Source of the DNA: Octopus vulgaris
Lineage: Eukaryota
Assembly: GCA_951406725.2 (NCBI GenBank)
Contig: OX597818.1
Location: forward strand, 54,374,001 to 54,438,000
DNA: 64,000 nucleotides
Direction: 5' to 3'
The position numbers were made by a program, and so were the translations under genes. Every line of letters begins with the position of its first letter. The stretch's first letter is position 1. This document shows positions 1 to 20,800 of the stretch, in pieces. Under the pieces are notes generated by a model. It worked only from the letters and a program-made list of their open reading frames with translations, had not been told where the DNA came from and did not search any database.

Positions 1-11
1 CTCAATTGTTG

Positions 12-141
<130 letters not shown>

Positions 142-460
142 GCAAATAAGAAAATGAAGGCGATTATTATTATTATTATTATCTTTTTTATTATACCAAT
201 AAAAAAGATGAGGACAAAATAACGAAAAAAGATGTTCATGTTTACAATGTAATTTTATTATAAGTCCAATGGACAACAATTGAACAAGGAAATAATAGTT
301 TCTGCCATTAATATTAAGAAGTAAAATCAAATTACCAATGTTTTCAGTTCTCTGTCATATGTTACTGAATAAATTTTGATGAACATAAAAACAATATTAC
401 AATCAAACAAAATAAGTTCTCAGAAAAGAACTGAAAACGGAGAAGTAGAAATATCAAGGT

Positions 461-503
<43 letters not shown>

Positions 504-832
504 TTGTGTGTGTGCCATTAGTATTAAGATTAAACCGAATAATGAATGTTATACTTTTACAGCATTCTAATTATTTCAGCGAAAATGTTCGTAAAGGCAA
601 AGATTTAGTAAAGTAGCAGAGTTTAGTAAATTTCATGTTTTATCAGTGTTATAATGGAAACTTTGCAAAGTCGTGTTATCATCCTCAACAGTAGAATGAT
701 AAGTTTACAAAGGACCGGCTGCAAGGCTCACTCTCAAATATTACAGGAAATAAATGTTGATGTACGCAAAAAATATTACTATTAAAAAAAATACCAAGTT
801 CTGACAACAGAACAGTAAACGGGGAAAAAAGC

Positions 833-893
833 TTATGTATGTATGTATGTATGTATGTATGTGTGTATGTATGTATGTATGTATGTATGTATG

Positions 894-925
<32 letters not shown>

Positions 926-1160
926 GATGTATGCATGTACGTATGTATGTATGTATGTATGTATGTATGTATGTATGTATGCATGTATGTATGCATGCAT
1001 GCATGCATGCATGTATATATGTATACATGCATGTATGTATGTATGTTTGTATGTATGTATGTATGCATGTATGTATGTACGTATGTATGTATACATGCAT
1101 GTATATATGTATTTATGTATGCATGTATGTATGTATGTATGTATGTGTGCATGCATGTAT
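833..1160. repeat. (TATG)n microsatellite downstream of each caspase (also ~11192-11480, 18786-19035, 59079-59330)
   Basis: Direct inspection. Confidence 0.95.
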
Positions 1161-1261
1161 ACAAACATTAATAGCGATAGAATATATGGTTATTGACATT
1201 TTATCTTTTTTAGGCATTTTTGGCATTAGAATTTCTTTTTGCCCTTGCTTATAAGTTGCTT

Positions 1262-1328
<67 letters not shown>

Positions 1329-1367
1329 TTGAGGGGAGATTGGGATAACGTATATTAAACGAAGATT

Positions 1368-2234
1368 TTACGTGTAAAAGTGTAGTTCTTTTGTTAACAT
1401 GCTCACAATGCAAGGAACCTGTTTCATTCCATTCCAAGACGAATCGCTGGCATTAGACTCATATTCATAGGCAACGCTACTATTTACTGAAAGCATTAAT
1501 TGTTGCAGTTCAAGTTTGTCTCCGTCTCTTTCCAAAATGTGGGCTAACGACTGAATAAACCACGATCCATTAGTGGAACTTCTCCAGGAGTAAAATCCAG
1601 GGACAGTGGAATAAGCCAGAAGAAAGTCGGCCCAAACTGGTACTTTGTGTGATGTGACATTTTGATATTTGTCTCTAACAGCTTGAGCATCATGCATAAT
1701 TACGCCACTGTCCAGTTTTGTTCCCCGACAGGCTTGTATGAAGAATAGTTTTGGCTTACCTATTAAGCTCGGACATCTATCAGGAAGCAACATCTCTACT
1801 AAAGTATCCAGACTTACTTTGCCATCAGTGCCATAAATCTGGTTATCGTCTTCACCGTGAGTTAATATAACACAAACGAAGCAATTATGCTTCGCATGGT
1901 TATCCTTGGATATATCCGTGAAGATTTGCGTCATCTGTTTCACTGACAAATTCTTGCGGACGATCACCTTAAAATGCAATGACTTCAAAGCCTTTTTAAT
2001 TGCTGATGCATCTCTTTCGGATCCTTGTCGTTTAGGCAATTTAATCGATTCGTCGAAACTTTCGTTGTTGACTATTAAAGCTAGGTTCTCTTTGTTACGA
2101 TCCATGTCATATCTGGCATTTATAGATTCGCTATTTTCTTCATGAGACACCATTTCAACATCTTGAGGTTGTGAATCGGGATCTCTCTCATTAAAAAATA
2201 TACCTTCAACACGTTGTGCATCTACGTAGTCCAT
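1368..2234 (-). CDS. Effector caspase (caspase-3/7-like, peptidase C14A), copy 1
   Basis: 288-aa ORF with LTHG catalytic His, KPKLFFIQACRG catalytic Cys, YSWR..NGSWFIQSL and a KQVPCIVSMLTKEL C-terminus like caspase-3/7. Short prodomain; ACCATGG start context. Confidence 0.95.
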   Translation of the reverse strand: MDYVDAQRVEGIFFNERDPDSQPQDVEMVSHEENSESINARYDMDRNKENLALIVNNESFDESIKLPKRQGSERDASAIKKALKSLHFKVIVRKNLSVKQMTQIFTDISKDNHAKHNCFVCVILTHGEDDNQIYGTDGKVSLDTLVEMLLPDRCPSLIGKPKLFFIQACRGTKLDSGVIMHDAQAVRDKYQNVTSHKVPVWADFLLAYSTVPGFYSWRSSTNGSWFIQSLAHILERDGDKLELQQLMLSVNSSVAYEYESNASDSSWNGMKQVPCIVSMLTKELHFYT

Positions 2235-2249
2235 GGTTGAGCGGAATAT

Positions 2250-2268
2250 CTATAAAGCAGCCGAAATG
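2250..2268 (-). promoter_or_regulatory. Candidate 3' splice acceptor 15 nt upstream of the caspase ATG
   Basis: catttcggctgctttatAG|ATATTCCGCTCAACCATGG, identical in all four copies. Confidence 0.5.
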
Positions 2269-3317
2269 TAGCAGTACAACTTTAAGCCGTGAAATATCGT
2301 TGCAAAAATTGAGGAACGGAAAATAGAGATATATTACCTCGGTTTTTCCCTTTGTTCAGCTCAGAAATAGCGGTTAAATTGATCCTGATGTTGCGGATAA
2401 CACATGCGATTATTCAAAAAATATTAATTAATATAAGATAAGAATTTGTAGGATAAAAGATGTAGTTTGATGAACGTACTCCTGGGTTTAATCAATATTT
2501 AAATGCTGAGATCAGTTGATAATTAAGCAAATGTCCACATTGAACTTGATACTAAAAAGTCAGTCCACTGAGTGTCAATTTCACTGACGATGGGCGTGAT
2601 TCTACAATAGTCACTCAACGCAAGACTACTTCTGCGTCTTATTTATTTTCTATGCTATATATATGATATTATCTGTGTCATATGTTATGCTTCAATAATC
2701 ATGGTTACGTATGAACCAATGAGAGATGACCAGGAAGTTTTCTATGCAATTTCCATGAAAGAAATAACACAAACATTTCCTGAGAAAACGATATAAAATC
2801 AGTTCTAGGTTTTTGTCCAGTCATATAACGAAACTGAACACACACACACACACTCACACACATATTTATCTTTTTATATAGATATGTACATATATAACAT
2901 ACACACACATACACACACACACACACGCATACTTATCTCTTTATATAGATATGTACATATATAACATACACACACAAGAACACAAGCACAGATACACACA
3001 CAGGTGCACACACACACACACACATACACACAGGCGCACACATACACACATACATACCTCAAGCGTTGCTCATTGCAATTCGTGTTGGCCTAACGACCCT
3101 TAATGTCTGTCTCCGTCGTTTGTCTTCTCTGCACGTCCACTCTGTATTCGTTCGTTTTTTTGGCTGCTATTTCTACTAAGTTCAGTATGTGGCAAAGTAA
3201 TTTATTTTACTAAGCCCTAATTATATAATGTAAAATTTTGAATTCGCCTTAAATGGTCCTTTTACATACTGAACACTTGGTGAAATTGATTAATTAATTA
3301 GTTTTACCCTCAATTGT

Positions 3318-3710
<393 letters not shown>

Positions 3711-4194
3711 TAAATCCTGGGTAAATTCCTAATATACCCACCTCCATACATAATACTCAATTGCGATATTGCTATGCAATAGCAAGCACTTGACTATAAA
3801 TAATCGGATACAAAATTTTGGTTTAATAGTTCTTTTATTACTAAATTTCTTTTGTGAAAAATCTATCTGCAACTTTGACTGCTTGTTTCCTTCAAAAGAA
3901 TTTGAAAGTTTTCCTTCCTTCTTGTCCCACTTAATCGACGTAATTTCATTGCGAACTTTTTGTTCAATGCGTCTAGCCTCGGAGATGTACATTTGAACAC
4001 GAATGCACACACACGCACGCACGCACACACACACATACGCACACACACACACACACACACACTCATACACACACACACACAAACACACACAAACACACAC
4101 ACATGCACCTACACACACATACACACAGACGTACACGACCTCCACACACATACATACTTACGCTCATGTCTATATACAAACCTACATACATAGT

Positions 4195-4256
<62 letters not shown>

Positions 4257-4367
4257 CATACATACATACATATATATATATATACACATATATATATATA
4301 TACGTATATATATTAATAATATCAGGGTGATAAAGATTTTCTTGCACGCCATTTCATATATATGCAT

Positions 4368-4552
4368 AGGCGATTTTTTTCCCTCTGTCTTCCCTTCTTT
4401 GGATCTTTCCTTCTCCTATGTTTCAGACGAAGAACTCCGCTCGAAACATTAAACCCTCCTTCTTTCCTTCTTTCCTGAGCCTCTAATAATACTATATTTG
4501 TTCCACGTCCTTAGTTGTTGTGTTTTTTTGTGCCTTCTTGTTTGGATTAACT
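4368..4552 (+). mobile_element. Solo PLE terminal (pLTR) fragment with decayed hammerhead; copies 14677-14861, 55389-55570, 62938-63120
   Basis: Matches the 3' end of the large PLE (52819-52991) and ends at a TA tract. Confidence 0.8.
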
Positions 4553-4564
4553 TTATATATAAAT

Positions 4565-4945
4565 ATAGTATTCATAAAATATATGGAATGTGTAATAGAC
4601 TATATTTGGTACAATACATGTTTCGACCCGTTCAGGGTCTCTTCAGGTACGTCTATCAAAATTCTCACTACTTCCTTTTCTTTCTGTTAACAGTTACAAA
4701 ACTGATAGCAGATTACGTCATTTTCTCTAAACCAGAATGTATACTTCCCAAGTTCATATTTGAATTTTTTGCGTTTCAATAATTTTTCTCTGGTTTTACT
4801 CATTCTCGAATTTGGACATATAGCGACACGTAAGCCGACTCAAGAAATCTCTAATGAGACATTTTATTGATGCACCCGAGGAGACGCAGAACAGATCCAA
4901 ACATGTGTCTATTACACATTCCATCTCCTATTTCATTAATGCTAT
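4565..4945. mobile_element. Small PLE-derived inverted repeat with two facing hammerhead-like motifs
   Basis: ggaatgtgtaatagac...catgtttcgacccgttcagggtctcttc is mirrored by gaggagacgcagaacagatccaaacatgtgtctattacacattcc. Confidence 0.6.
4609..4650 (-). ncRNA. Hammerhead ribozyme-like motif, type I, canonical C3:G8 core, stem III decayed (also 55627-55668)
   Basis: GUAC CUGAAGA GACCC-UGAAC-GGGUC GAAAC AUGU AUU GUAC. Confidence 0.6.
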
Positions 4946-5061
4946 TACCCCAACCGCCACTACGAAGTCCCTGCAGTAAATCCATGGATAACAAAAGGAA
5001 ATCGAAAACGTAACGGTGCTTTACACATCATCCGCTTAAACATTTTGTATATTTTCTCCAT

Positions 5062-5160
<99 letters not shown>

Positions 5161-5231
5161 AACAATTATTAGAAACAATTGTAGTGATTGTAAGTAAATA
5201 TCCAACCGTACTCCTTCTTGCTGACTTATTC

Positions 5232-5330
<99 letters not shown>

Positions 5331-5372
5331 AGTATGTATATATATATGTATATATCTATATATGTATATATC

Positions 5373-5403
<31 letters not shown>

Positions 5404-5472
5404 GAATAACTCAGCAAGAAGGAGTACGGTTGGATATAAATATATATATATATATTTATATGTATATATATG

Positions 5473-5545
<73 letters not shown>

Positions 5546-5625
5546 GTGAAAAGGAACACACGAGTTGATATATATGAGAAAACAAGTAAAAAATAGAAAA
5601 TGCTAAAATAATTTTATAGTGAACA

Positions 5626-5669
5626 TTTCAGTACCGGTTTCGGTCATTTTGAGACCTTTTCAACTGTAA
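5626..5669 (-). ncRNA. Minimal type I hammerhead ribozyme, U3:A8 core variant
   Basis: Reverse complement of 7770-7813. Confidence 0.7.
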
Positions 5670-7769
5670 CGATTAAATAATTAAATTTAGAAAAATTAGA
5701 AGAAAAGTTTTTTAAAAGAATATTTCTATAGTAGTGTTCAGATTTAAGTGGCATTCTGCCTTTCTCTGACTCCCTTGTTTGCACTTGTGTGTTCGAGGTA
5801 GTTGTGAGTTCTTGGTAGGGTAGTAGAGGGAAGGCTGGTGAGGAAAGGGGGTGGGAGAATCTGGGAGTGCCCTGATGGTCGTATTTTGAATGGTCAGTGG
5901 CGGCTGGCAGTCTCAGTTCAATTCAGGATTGTTTATAGAATTAGCGTAGGTGTTATACTAAAAACATTAGTGACAAACTTAAGGGGTAGGGGTGGAGAAG
6001 AAGAAGAAGAAGAAGAAGAAGAAGAAGAAGAAGAAGAAGGAGAAGGAGAAGATGATGGTGATGGTGGTGATGATTATGACGACGATGATGATGATAACGA
6101 TGATGAAGAAGAAGAAGAAGAAGAAGAAGAAGAAGAAGAAGAAGAAGAAGAAGAAGAAGAAGAAGAAGAAGGAGAAGAGAAGATGGTGGTGATGATGATG
6201 ACGCCGATGATGATGATAACGATGATGATGAAGAAGAAGAAGAAGAAAAAACAGAGAAGGGAGAATATGAATGGGTGTAAATATAGCTATGAAGGGGCTG
6301 ATTAGTAATGGATTCTATGGAGTGTAGTATTTGTGTGTGTATATATATTTTTCTTTTATTCTAAAGTTGAGGTATATTAATTGTTTGTCGTAGACCCGTT
6401 AAGAAGTGGCTTGTATTTTGTAATAAAGAGATTTTCTTTACTTATTCTTTGTCTCGAGGGTTGTATCGTCCCTAAATTGGTAGAGGGGGAAAATTCTGAA
6501 GTTTGGTGTTTTTTTGTTGGCGCAAGTATCTATGTGTTGGCTAAAAGCTATTTTTCTGTTTTGGGGAATTTTATCACGGGATCTGTGCAGGGCCATTCGT
6601 TTACGCAAACCATTTTTGTTTGGCCTATGTACTGCTCTTGACACCCGGAGCAGGTTAGTGAGTATATTAGGTTCTCCGAAGCACATGTGAACCGTTGTCC
6701 CTGTTTGTCCCCGTTGTCCCTGTTTACAGTGAAAAGCAACTTCACATGTGCTTCGGAGAACCTAATATACTCACTAACCTGCTCGGGTGTCAAGAGCAGT
6801 ACATAGGCCAAACAAAAAATGGTTTGCGTAAACGAATGGCCCTGCACAGATCCCAGATAAAAATTCCCCAAAACAGAAAAATAGCTTTTAGCCAACACAT
6901 AGATACTTGCGCCAACAAAAAACACCAAACTTCAGAATTTTCCCCCTCTACCAATTTAGGGACGATACAACCTCGAGACAAAGAATAAGTAAAGAAAATC
7001 TCTTTATTACAAAATACAAGCCACTTCTTAACGGGTCTACGACAAACAATTAATATACCTCAACTTTAGAATAAAAGAAAAAATATATATACACACACAA
7101 ATACTACACTCCATAGAATCCATTACTAATCAGCCCCTTCATAGCTATATTTACACCCATTCATATTCTCCCTTCTCTGTTTTTTTCTTCTTCTTCTTCT
7201 TCATCATCATCGTTATCATCATCATCGGCGTCATCATCATCACCACCATCTTCTCCTTCTCCTTCTTCTTCTTCTTCTTCTTCTTCTTCTTCTTCTTCTT
7301 CTTCTTCTTCTTCTTCTTCTTCTTCTTCTTCATCATCGTTATCATCATCATCGTCGTCATAATCATCACCACCATCACCATCATCTTCTCCTTCTCCTTC
7401 TTCTTCTTCTTCTTCTTCTTCTTCTTCTTCTTCTTCTTCTCCACCCCCTACCCCTTAAGTTTGTCACTAATGTTTTTTAGTATAACACCTACGCTAATTC
7501 TATAAACAATCCTGAATTGAACTGAGACTGCCAGCCGCCACTGACCATTCAAAATACGACCATCAGGGCACTCCCAGATTCTCCCACCCCCTTTCCTCAC
7601 CAGCCTTCCCTCTACTACCCTACCAAGAACTCACAACTACCTCGAACACACAAGTGCAAACAAGGGAGTCAGAGAAAGGCAGAATGCCACTTAAATCTGA
7701 ACACTACTATAGAAATATTCTTTTAAAAAAACTTTTCTTCTAATTTTTCTAAATTTAATTATTTAATCG

Positions 7770-7813
7770 TTACAGTTGAAAAGGTCTCAAAATGACCGAA
7801 ACCGGTACTGAAA
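7770..7813 (+). ncRNA. Minimal type I hammerhead ribozyme, U3:A8 core variant
   Basis: UUACAG UUGAAAA GGUC-UCAAAAU-GACC GAAA CCG GUA / CUGAAA. Stem I CAG:CUG, 4-bp stem II, palindromic ACCGGU stem III, GUA cleavage triplet, located at a PLE 3' end. Confidence 0.72.
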
Positions 7814-7942
7814 TGTTCACTATAAAATTATTTTAGCATTTTCTATTTTTTACTTGTTTTTTCATATATATATATATATATACACATATAAACATATATA
7901 TGTATATATATACATATATATATATATACATAAATATACATG

Positions 7943-7992
<50 letters not shown>

Positions 7993-8059
7993 CATATATA
8001 TATATATACATACATATATATACACATATATATACATACATATACATATATACATATAC

Positions 8060-8279
8060 ATGTATAAGAAAAAGAAAGGGAGGAATTTCGTTTATCCCTA
8101 CGTGGTGGTTGTAATATAAGCAAGAAATTAAAGATTCAAAATCCCCACACTTTACATAGGTTTAATATAATTTTTAATATATCTTATATTGTGTTTGTCA
8201 ACCGGTTTAGGTTTTGCTAATCATGACATTAATACTTATTTAGATACTTATTTTTTTCACAAATCTTTCTTTGTCCATG

Positions 8280-8348
<69 letters not shown>

Positions 8349-8499
8349 TGATTGTATTCCTATTTTATATGCATAGAATAATATGCTATATGTATGTTAT
8401 TATAGTTATCATTTTATTCATTAATTAACATTTTAATGTCCTAAAGTTGATGAACCAAATATTGTGCTTCTCTATTTTCTTTTTTGCAATATATATATA

Positions 8500-8550
<51 letters not shown>

Positions 8551-8564
8551 ATATAAATATATAA

Positions 8565-8629
<65 letters not shown>

Positions 8630-9210
8630 CATTTATACATATACATGTATAAGAAAAAGAAAAGGAGGATTTTCGATTATCCCTACGTGTTGAGTTGTAA
8701 TATAAACAAGAAATTAAAGAAGCAAAATCTCCACACTTTACATAGGTTTAATATAATTTTTAATGTATCTTATATTGTGTTTGTCAACCGGTTTCGCTTT
8801 CGCTAATCATGACATTAAAACTTATTTAGATACTTATTTTTTTCAGAAAATTTTTTTTCTCCATGTGTGTGGAATTTGTGAATGATTCAAGAAGTAGAAA
8901 AATATACGGTGAGGTAATTATTAATATTGTGGATAAGAGAGATATTTGTTCATCTTTCGGTGGTGATGGGAAATATATATATGCACAAAATTTCAAAAAC
9001 TTCAGTGGTGGGAAAAAATATGTACAGTGATGTGTATGTGACCATGAATTGAAATAGGTATAGAGATTAAAGTTTGTTATGCTTTCATATTTAGACGTGT
9101 TCTGTATTTTTCGATGAATGAATTTTCTTTATTTAAACGTCCTTGTATAGAAATTGTATCTTTGCACTGGTAGAAGGGGAAAGCTGAAATTTGGTTTGGT
9201 GTTACCCGAT
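8060..9210 (-). mobile_element. Decayed PLE 3' end with partial tandem pLTR (8060-8285 repeats 8645-8870); homologues ~15900-17100 and ~56490-57055
   Basis: Minus strand reads TKPNF/FPFYQCKDTISIQGRLNKENSFIEKYRTRLNMKA*, resembling the C-terminus of the GIY-YIG in the palindromic PLE. Followed by a ~220-bp direct repeat. Confidence 0.65.
8782..8814 (-). ncRNA. Minimal type I hammerhead-like motif, A3:U8 core variant (intact also at 16668-16700)
   Basis: UGUC AUGAUUA GC-GAAA-GC GAAA CCG GUU / GACA. Confidence 0.55.
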
Positions 9211-9220
9211 GTGGATTTAC

Positions 9221-9394
9221 CTTCTTTCATTTCTTGGATAACCGGGTGCAGAGCTCAATATACGTCTGCATCATGACGAAGAGTTCGTCGAGTACAGAAT
9301 TGCAAGATGAAAATGAGCTGACAAAGGAATAAAGAATCATCTTATGAACTGCAGAATCTTACAGTCGTTTCTGCTATCGGATGCAATGGACTGA
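9221..9394 (-). promoter_or_regulatory. Candidate promoter / non-coding first exon (homologues 17108-17281 and 57066-57239)
   Basis: On the minus strand: (CT)n tract, TCAGTC Inr-like motif, then donor-like CT|GTAAG ~30 nt later and AAG|GTAAAT (GTAAGT in the 57-kb copy). No transcript evidence. Confidence 0.3.
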
Positions 9395-9474
9395 TAGCTG
9401 AGTACTGGAATAACACCTTATAGCCTCATCGGAGAGAGCGAGGAAGGAAGAGAGTGAGTGAGAGAGAAAGAAAA

Positions 9475-9517
<43 letters not shown>

Positions 9518-9699
9518 TATAATACATAAATACAGTGAGTGTTGCCAGATAAAAGTATGTAAATGCAGTCGTTTTGTTGGCTTGTTTTGACGGGTAGTCG
9601 GTGGCCACCTCGCTGCACTGGAGTGTTTTCTTTGAATGTTTTCTCTTTTTCCTTTTGCAGGTGTAAATAAGTACTGTCTCGACTTCTCAGATTCACGTG

Positions 9700-9925
9700 T
9701 CGGGTTAGCCGATTCCACAGCGTTTCAGTAACCGAAATCGCAACATTCGTCCTCAACAGGATTCAAGTCCGTCACAGGGTTACTCATTTACGACCGAGTG
9801 GACTGACACAATAAGAAATGAAGTGTTTTTCTCAATAACACCACACACTGCCCGGTCCTAGAATAGAAACCATGATTTTGAACTCGTGGGTACAACTAAC
9901 TAACCGCTTGGCCACGCACTCCCGC
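9700..9925 (-). mobile_element. Old tRNA-derived SINE (copies ~17575-17800, ~57565-57790)
   Basis: Minus strand begins gcgtggccaagcggttag (A-box-like), then a degenerate B box and a SINE-core-like aaccctgtgacggact. Confidence 0.5.
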
Positions 9926-10545
9926 TCCAGTCTTTATATCTATCAAAGATTCACTTTTATCTCGAGTTTTTCATAAGACCGTATATCCATTGTATTCTCT
10001 GTTTTTACTTTTGAATCGATCAAGATTTCAGAGGAAACATTCCACGGTTACAATTTGGTCGAAGAGATTCCAGTCAGGAACTGAGGAATGGCTCTTAATT
10101 TCCAAGCCCTGCATGAATTTATCCTGGGACATTATCTTAGCAGTGTAAATAGAAACATTATTTCCAATCTTGTATTAGTCAGCAATGATATGTTGCGCAG
10201 CTGTTGTTAAATTTATCGCTAGTTCTTGAGCATGGTTCTTCAGCCTTGCAATTTTAACAAAGTCTTAGTCATCGTATTATTGGCTATCTTTGACTCTTGA
10301 ATCGTAGCTCAATCTGCGCCTGCGACATTTGGTTGAAAAATTCTTTACCTTGCAGCCGGCGTAAGGTGTTGTTAATTAGGTAAATCAATCGGAAAAAAAA
10401 GTGAAATTGTTAACAGGTTATAAACGTAAGTGCAGCAGTGGCGACTGGTGAGAAACTGAAGAAATGTCGATGTAGCATTCAAACAACTCTGAAATAACAG
10501 CCAACCGTGTTAAGAATTGATTGACCGTATAAAGCGATGTAGTCT

Positions 10546-18422
<7,877 letters not shown>

Positions 18423-19131
18423 TAATAAAAATAACGAAAAATGATGTTCATGGTTGCAATGCAATTTTATTATAAGTCCACTGGACAACAATTGAACAAG
18501 GAAATAATAGTTTCTGCCATTAATGTTAAGAAGTAAAATCAAATGACCAATGTTATCAGTTCTCTGTCATATGTTACTGAATAAATTTTGATGTTTAGTA
18601 ATTTTCATGTTTTATTGCAAAGCCGTGTTATCATCCTCAACGGTAGAATGATAAGTTTACAAAGGACCGGCTGCAAGGCTCACTCTCAAATATTACAGGA
18701 AATAAATGTTGATGTACGCAAAAAATATTACTATTAAACGAAATACCAAGTTCTGACAACAGAACAGAAAACGGGGAAAAAAGCTTATGTATGTATGTAT
18801 GTATGTATGTATGTATGTATGTATGTATGTATGTATGTATGTATGTATGCATGTATACTTGCGTGCATGTATGTATGTATGTATGTATGTATGTATGTAT
18901 GTATGTATGTATGTATGTATGTATGTATGTATGCATGTATACTTGCATGCATGCATTTATGTATGTATGTATGTATGTATGTATGTATGTATGTATGTAT
19001 GTATGTATGTATGTATGTGTGCATGCATGTATACATATATTAATAGCGATAGAATATATGGTTATTGACATTTTGTCTTTTTTCGGCATTTTTGGCATTA
19101 GAATTTTTTTTTTGCCCTTGTTTATATGTTG

Positions 19132-19175
<44 letters not shown>

Positions 19176-20755
19176 TTGAGGGGAGATTAGGAGAACGTAT
19201 ATTAAACGAAGATTTTACTTGTAAAAGTGTAGTTCTTTTGTTAACATGCTCACTATGGAAGGAACTTGTTTCATTTTATTCATAGACGAATGGCTGGCAT
19301 TAGACTCATATTCACAGGCAACCCTACGATTTACTGAAAGCATTAATTGTTGCAGTTCAAGTCGGTCTCCGTCTTGTTCCAAAATTATGCCTAACGACTG
19401 AATAAACCACGATCCATTAGTGGAATTCTTCCAGGAGTAAAATCCAGGGACAGTGGAATAAGCCAGAGGAACGTCGGCCCAAAGTGGTACTTTGAGAGGT
19501 GTGACATTTTGATATTCGTCTCTAAAAGCTTGAGCATCGTGCATAATTACACCTCTGTCCAGTTTCGTTCCCCGGCAGGCTTGTATGAAATATAGTTTTG
19601 GCTTACCTATTAAACCTGGGCATCTATCAGGAAGCAACATCTGCACTAACTCGTTAAGATTTAGTTTGCCATCAGTGCCATAAATCTGGTTATCGTCTTC
19701 ACCGTGAGTTAATATAACACAAACGAAGCAATTATACTTCGCATGCTCCCTCTTGGATATTTCCGTGAAGATTTGCCTCATATCACTCACTGACAAATTC
19801 TTGCGTTCGATCACCTCAAAATGCAATGACTTCAAAGTTTTTTTAATTGCCGATGCATCTCTGTCGGATCCTTGTCGTTGAGACATTTTAGTCGATTCGT
19901 CGAAACTTTCATTGTTGATTATTAAAGCCAGGTTTTCTTTTTTACGATACATGTCATATCTGGTATTTACAGATTCGCTATTTTTTGCAACAGACTCCAT
20001 TTCAACATCTTGAGGTTGTGAATCGGGATCTCTCTCTTTAAAAAATATACCTTCAACACGTTGTGCATCTACGTAGTCCATGGTTGAGCGGAATATCTAT
20101 AAAGCAGCCGAAATGTAGCAGTACAACTTTAAGCCGTGAAATATTGTTGCAAAATTTGAGGAACGGAAAATAACGATATATTACCTCGGTTTTTTCCTTT
20201 GTTCAGCTCAGAAATAGCCCTTAAATTGATCCTGATGGTGCGGATAACACATGCGATTATTCAAAAAAGTATTAATTAATATAAGATAAGAATTTGTAGG
20301 ATAAAAGATGTAGTTTGATGAACGTACTCCTGGGTTTAATCAATATTTAAATGCTGAGATCAGTTGATAATTAAGCAAATGTCCACATAGAACTTGATAA
20401 TAAAAAGACAGTCCGCTGAGCGTCAATTTCACTGACGATGGGCGTGATTCTACAATAGTCACTCAACGCAAGACTACTTCTGCGTCTTATTTATTTTCTA
20501 TGCTATATATATGATATTATCTCTGTTATACGTTATGCTTCAATAATCATGGTTACGTATGAACCAATGAGAGATGACAAAGAAGCTGTCTATGCAATTT
20601 CCAAGAAAGAAATAACACAAATATTTTCTGAGAAAACGATATAAAATCATTGCTAGGTTTTGTCCAGTCATATAACGAAACTGAACACACACACATACAC
20701 ACACTCATACTTATCTCTTTATATAGATATGTACATATATAACATACACACACAT

Positions 20756-20800
<45 letters not shown>

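Larger units (their letters stand above)
5541..7866. mobile_element. Palindromic Penelope-like element: two inverted 3' halves (GIY-YIG + 3' UTR)
   Basis: Arms ~5572-6691 and 6741-7866 are near-identical with a 49-bp spacer. Each encodes a frameshifted FTCASENLIYSLTCSGCQEQYIGQTK..RMALHR GIY-YIG domain reading outward. Inserted in (TA)n. Confidence 0.9.

Noticed and set aside
1906-2145. Plus-strand ORFs overlapping caspases (also 12022-12318, 59870-60166)
   Set aside because: Antisense shadows of the caspase frame.
3729-4000. [22 protein letters not shown]...YYVWRW open in units 1, 2 and 4
   Set aside because: No recognisable domain; it starts in a TG repeat, and conservation is explained by recent duplication. 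A UTR exon cannot be excluded.
5838-6305. Acidic poly-E/D ORF
   Set aside because: GAA/GAT repeats on the antisense strand of a PLE 3' UTR.
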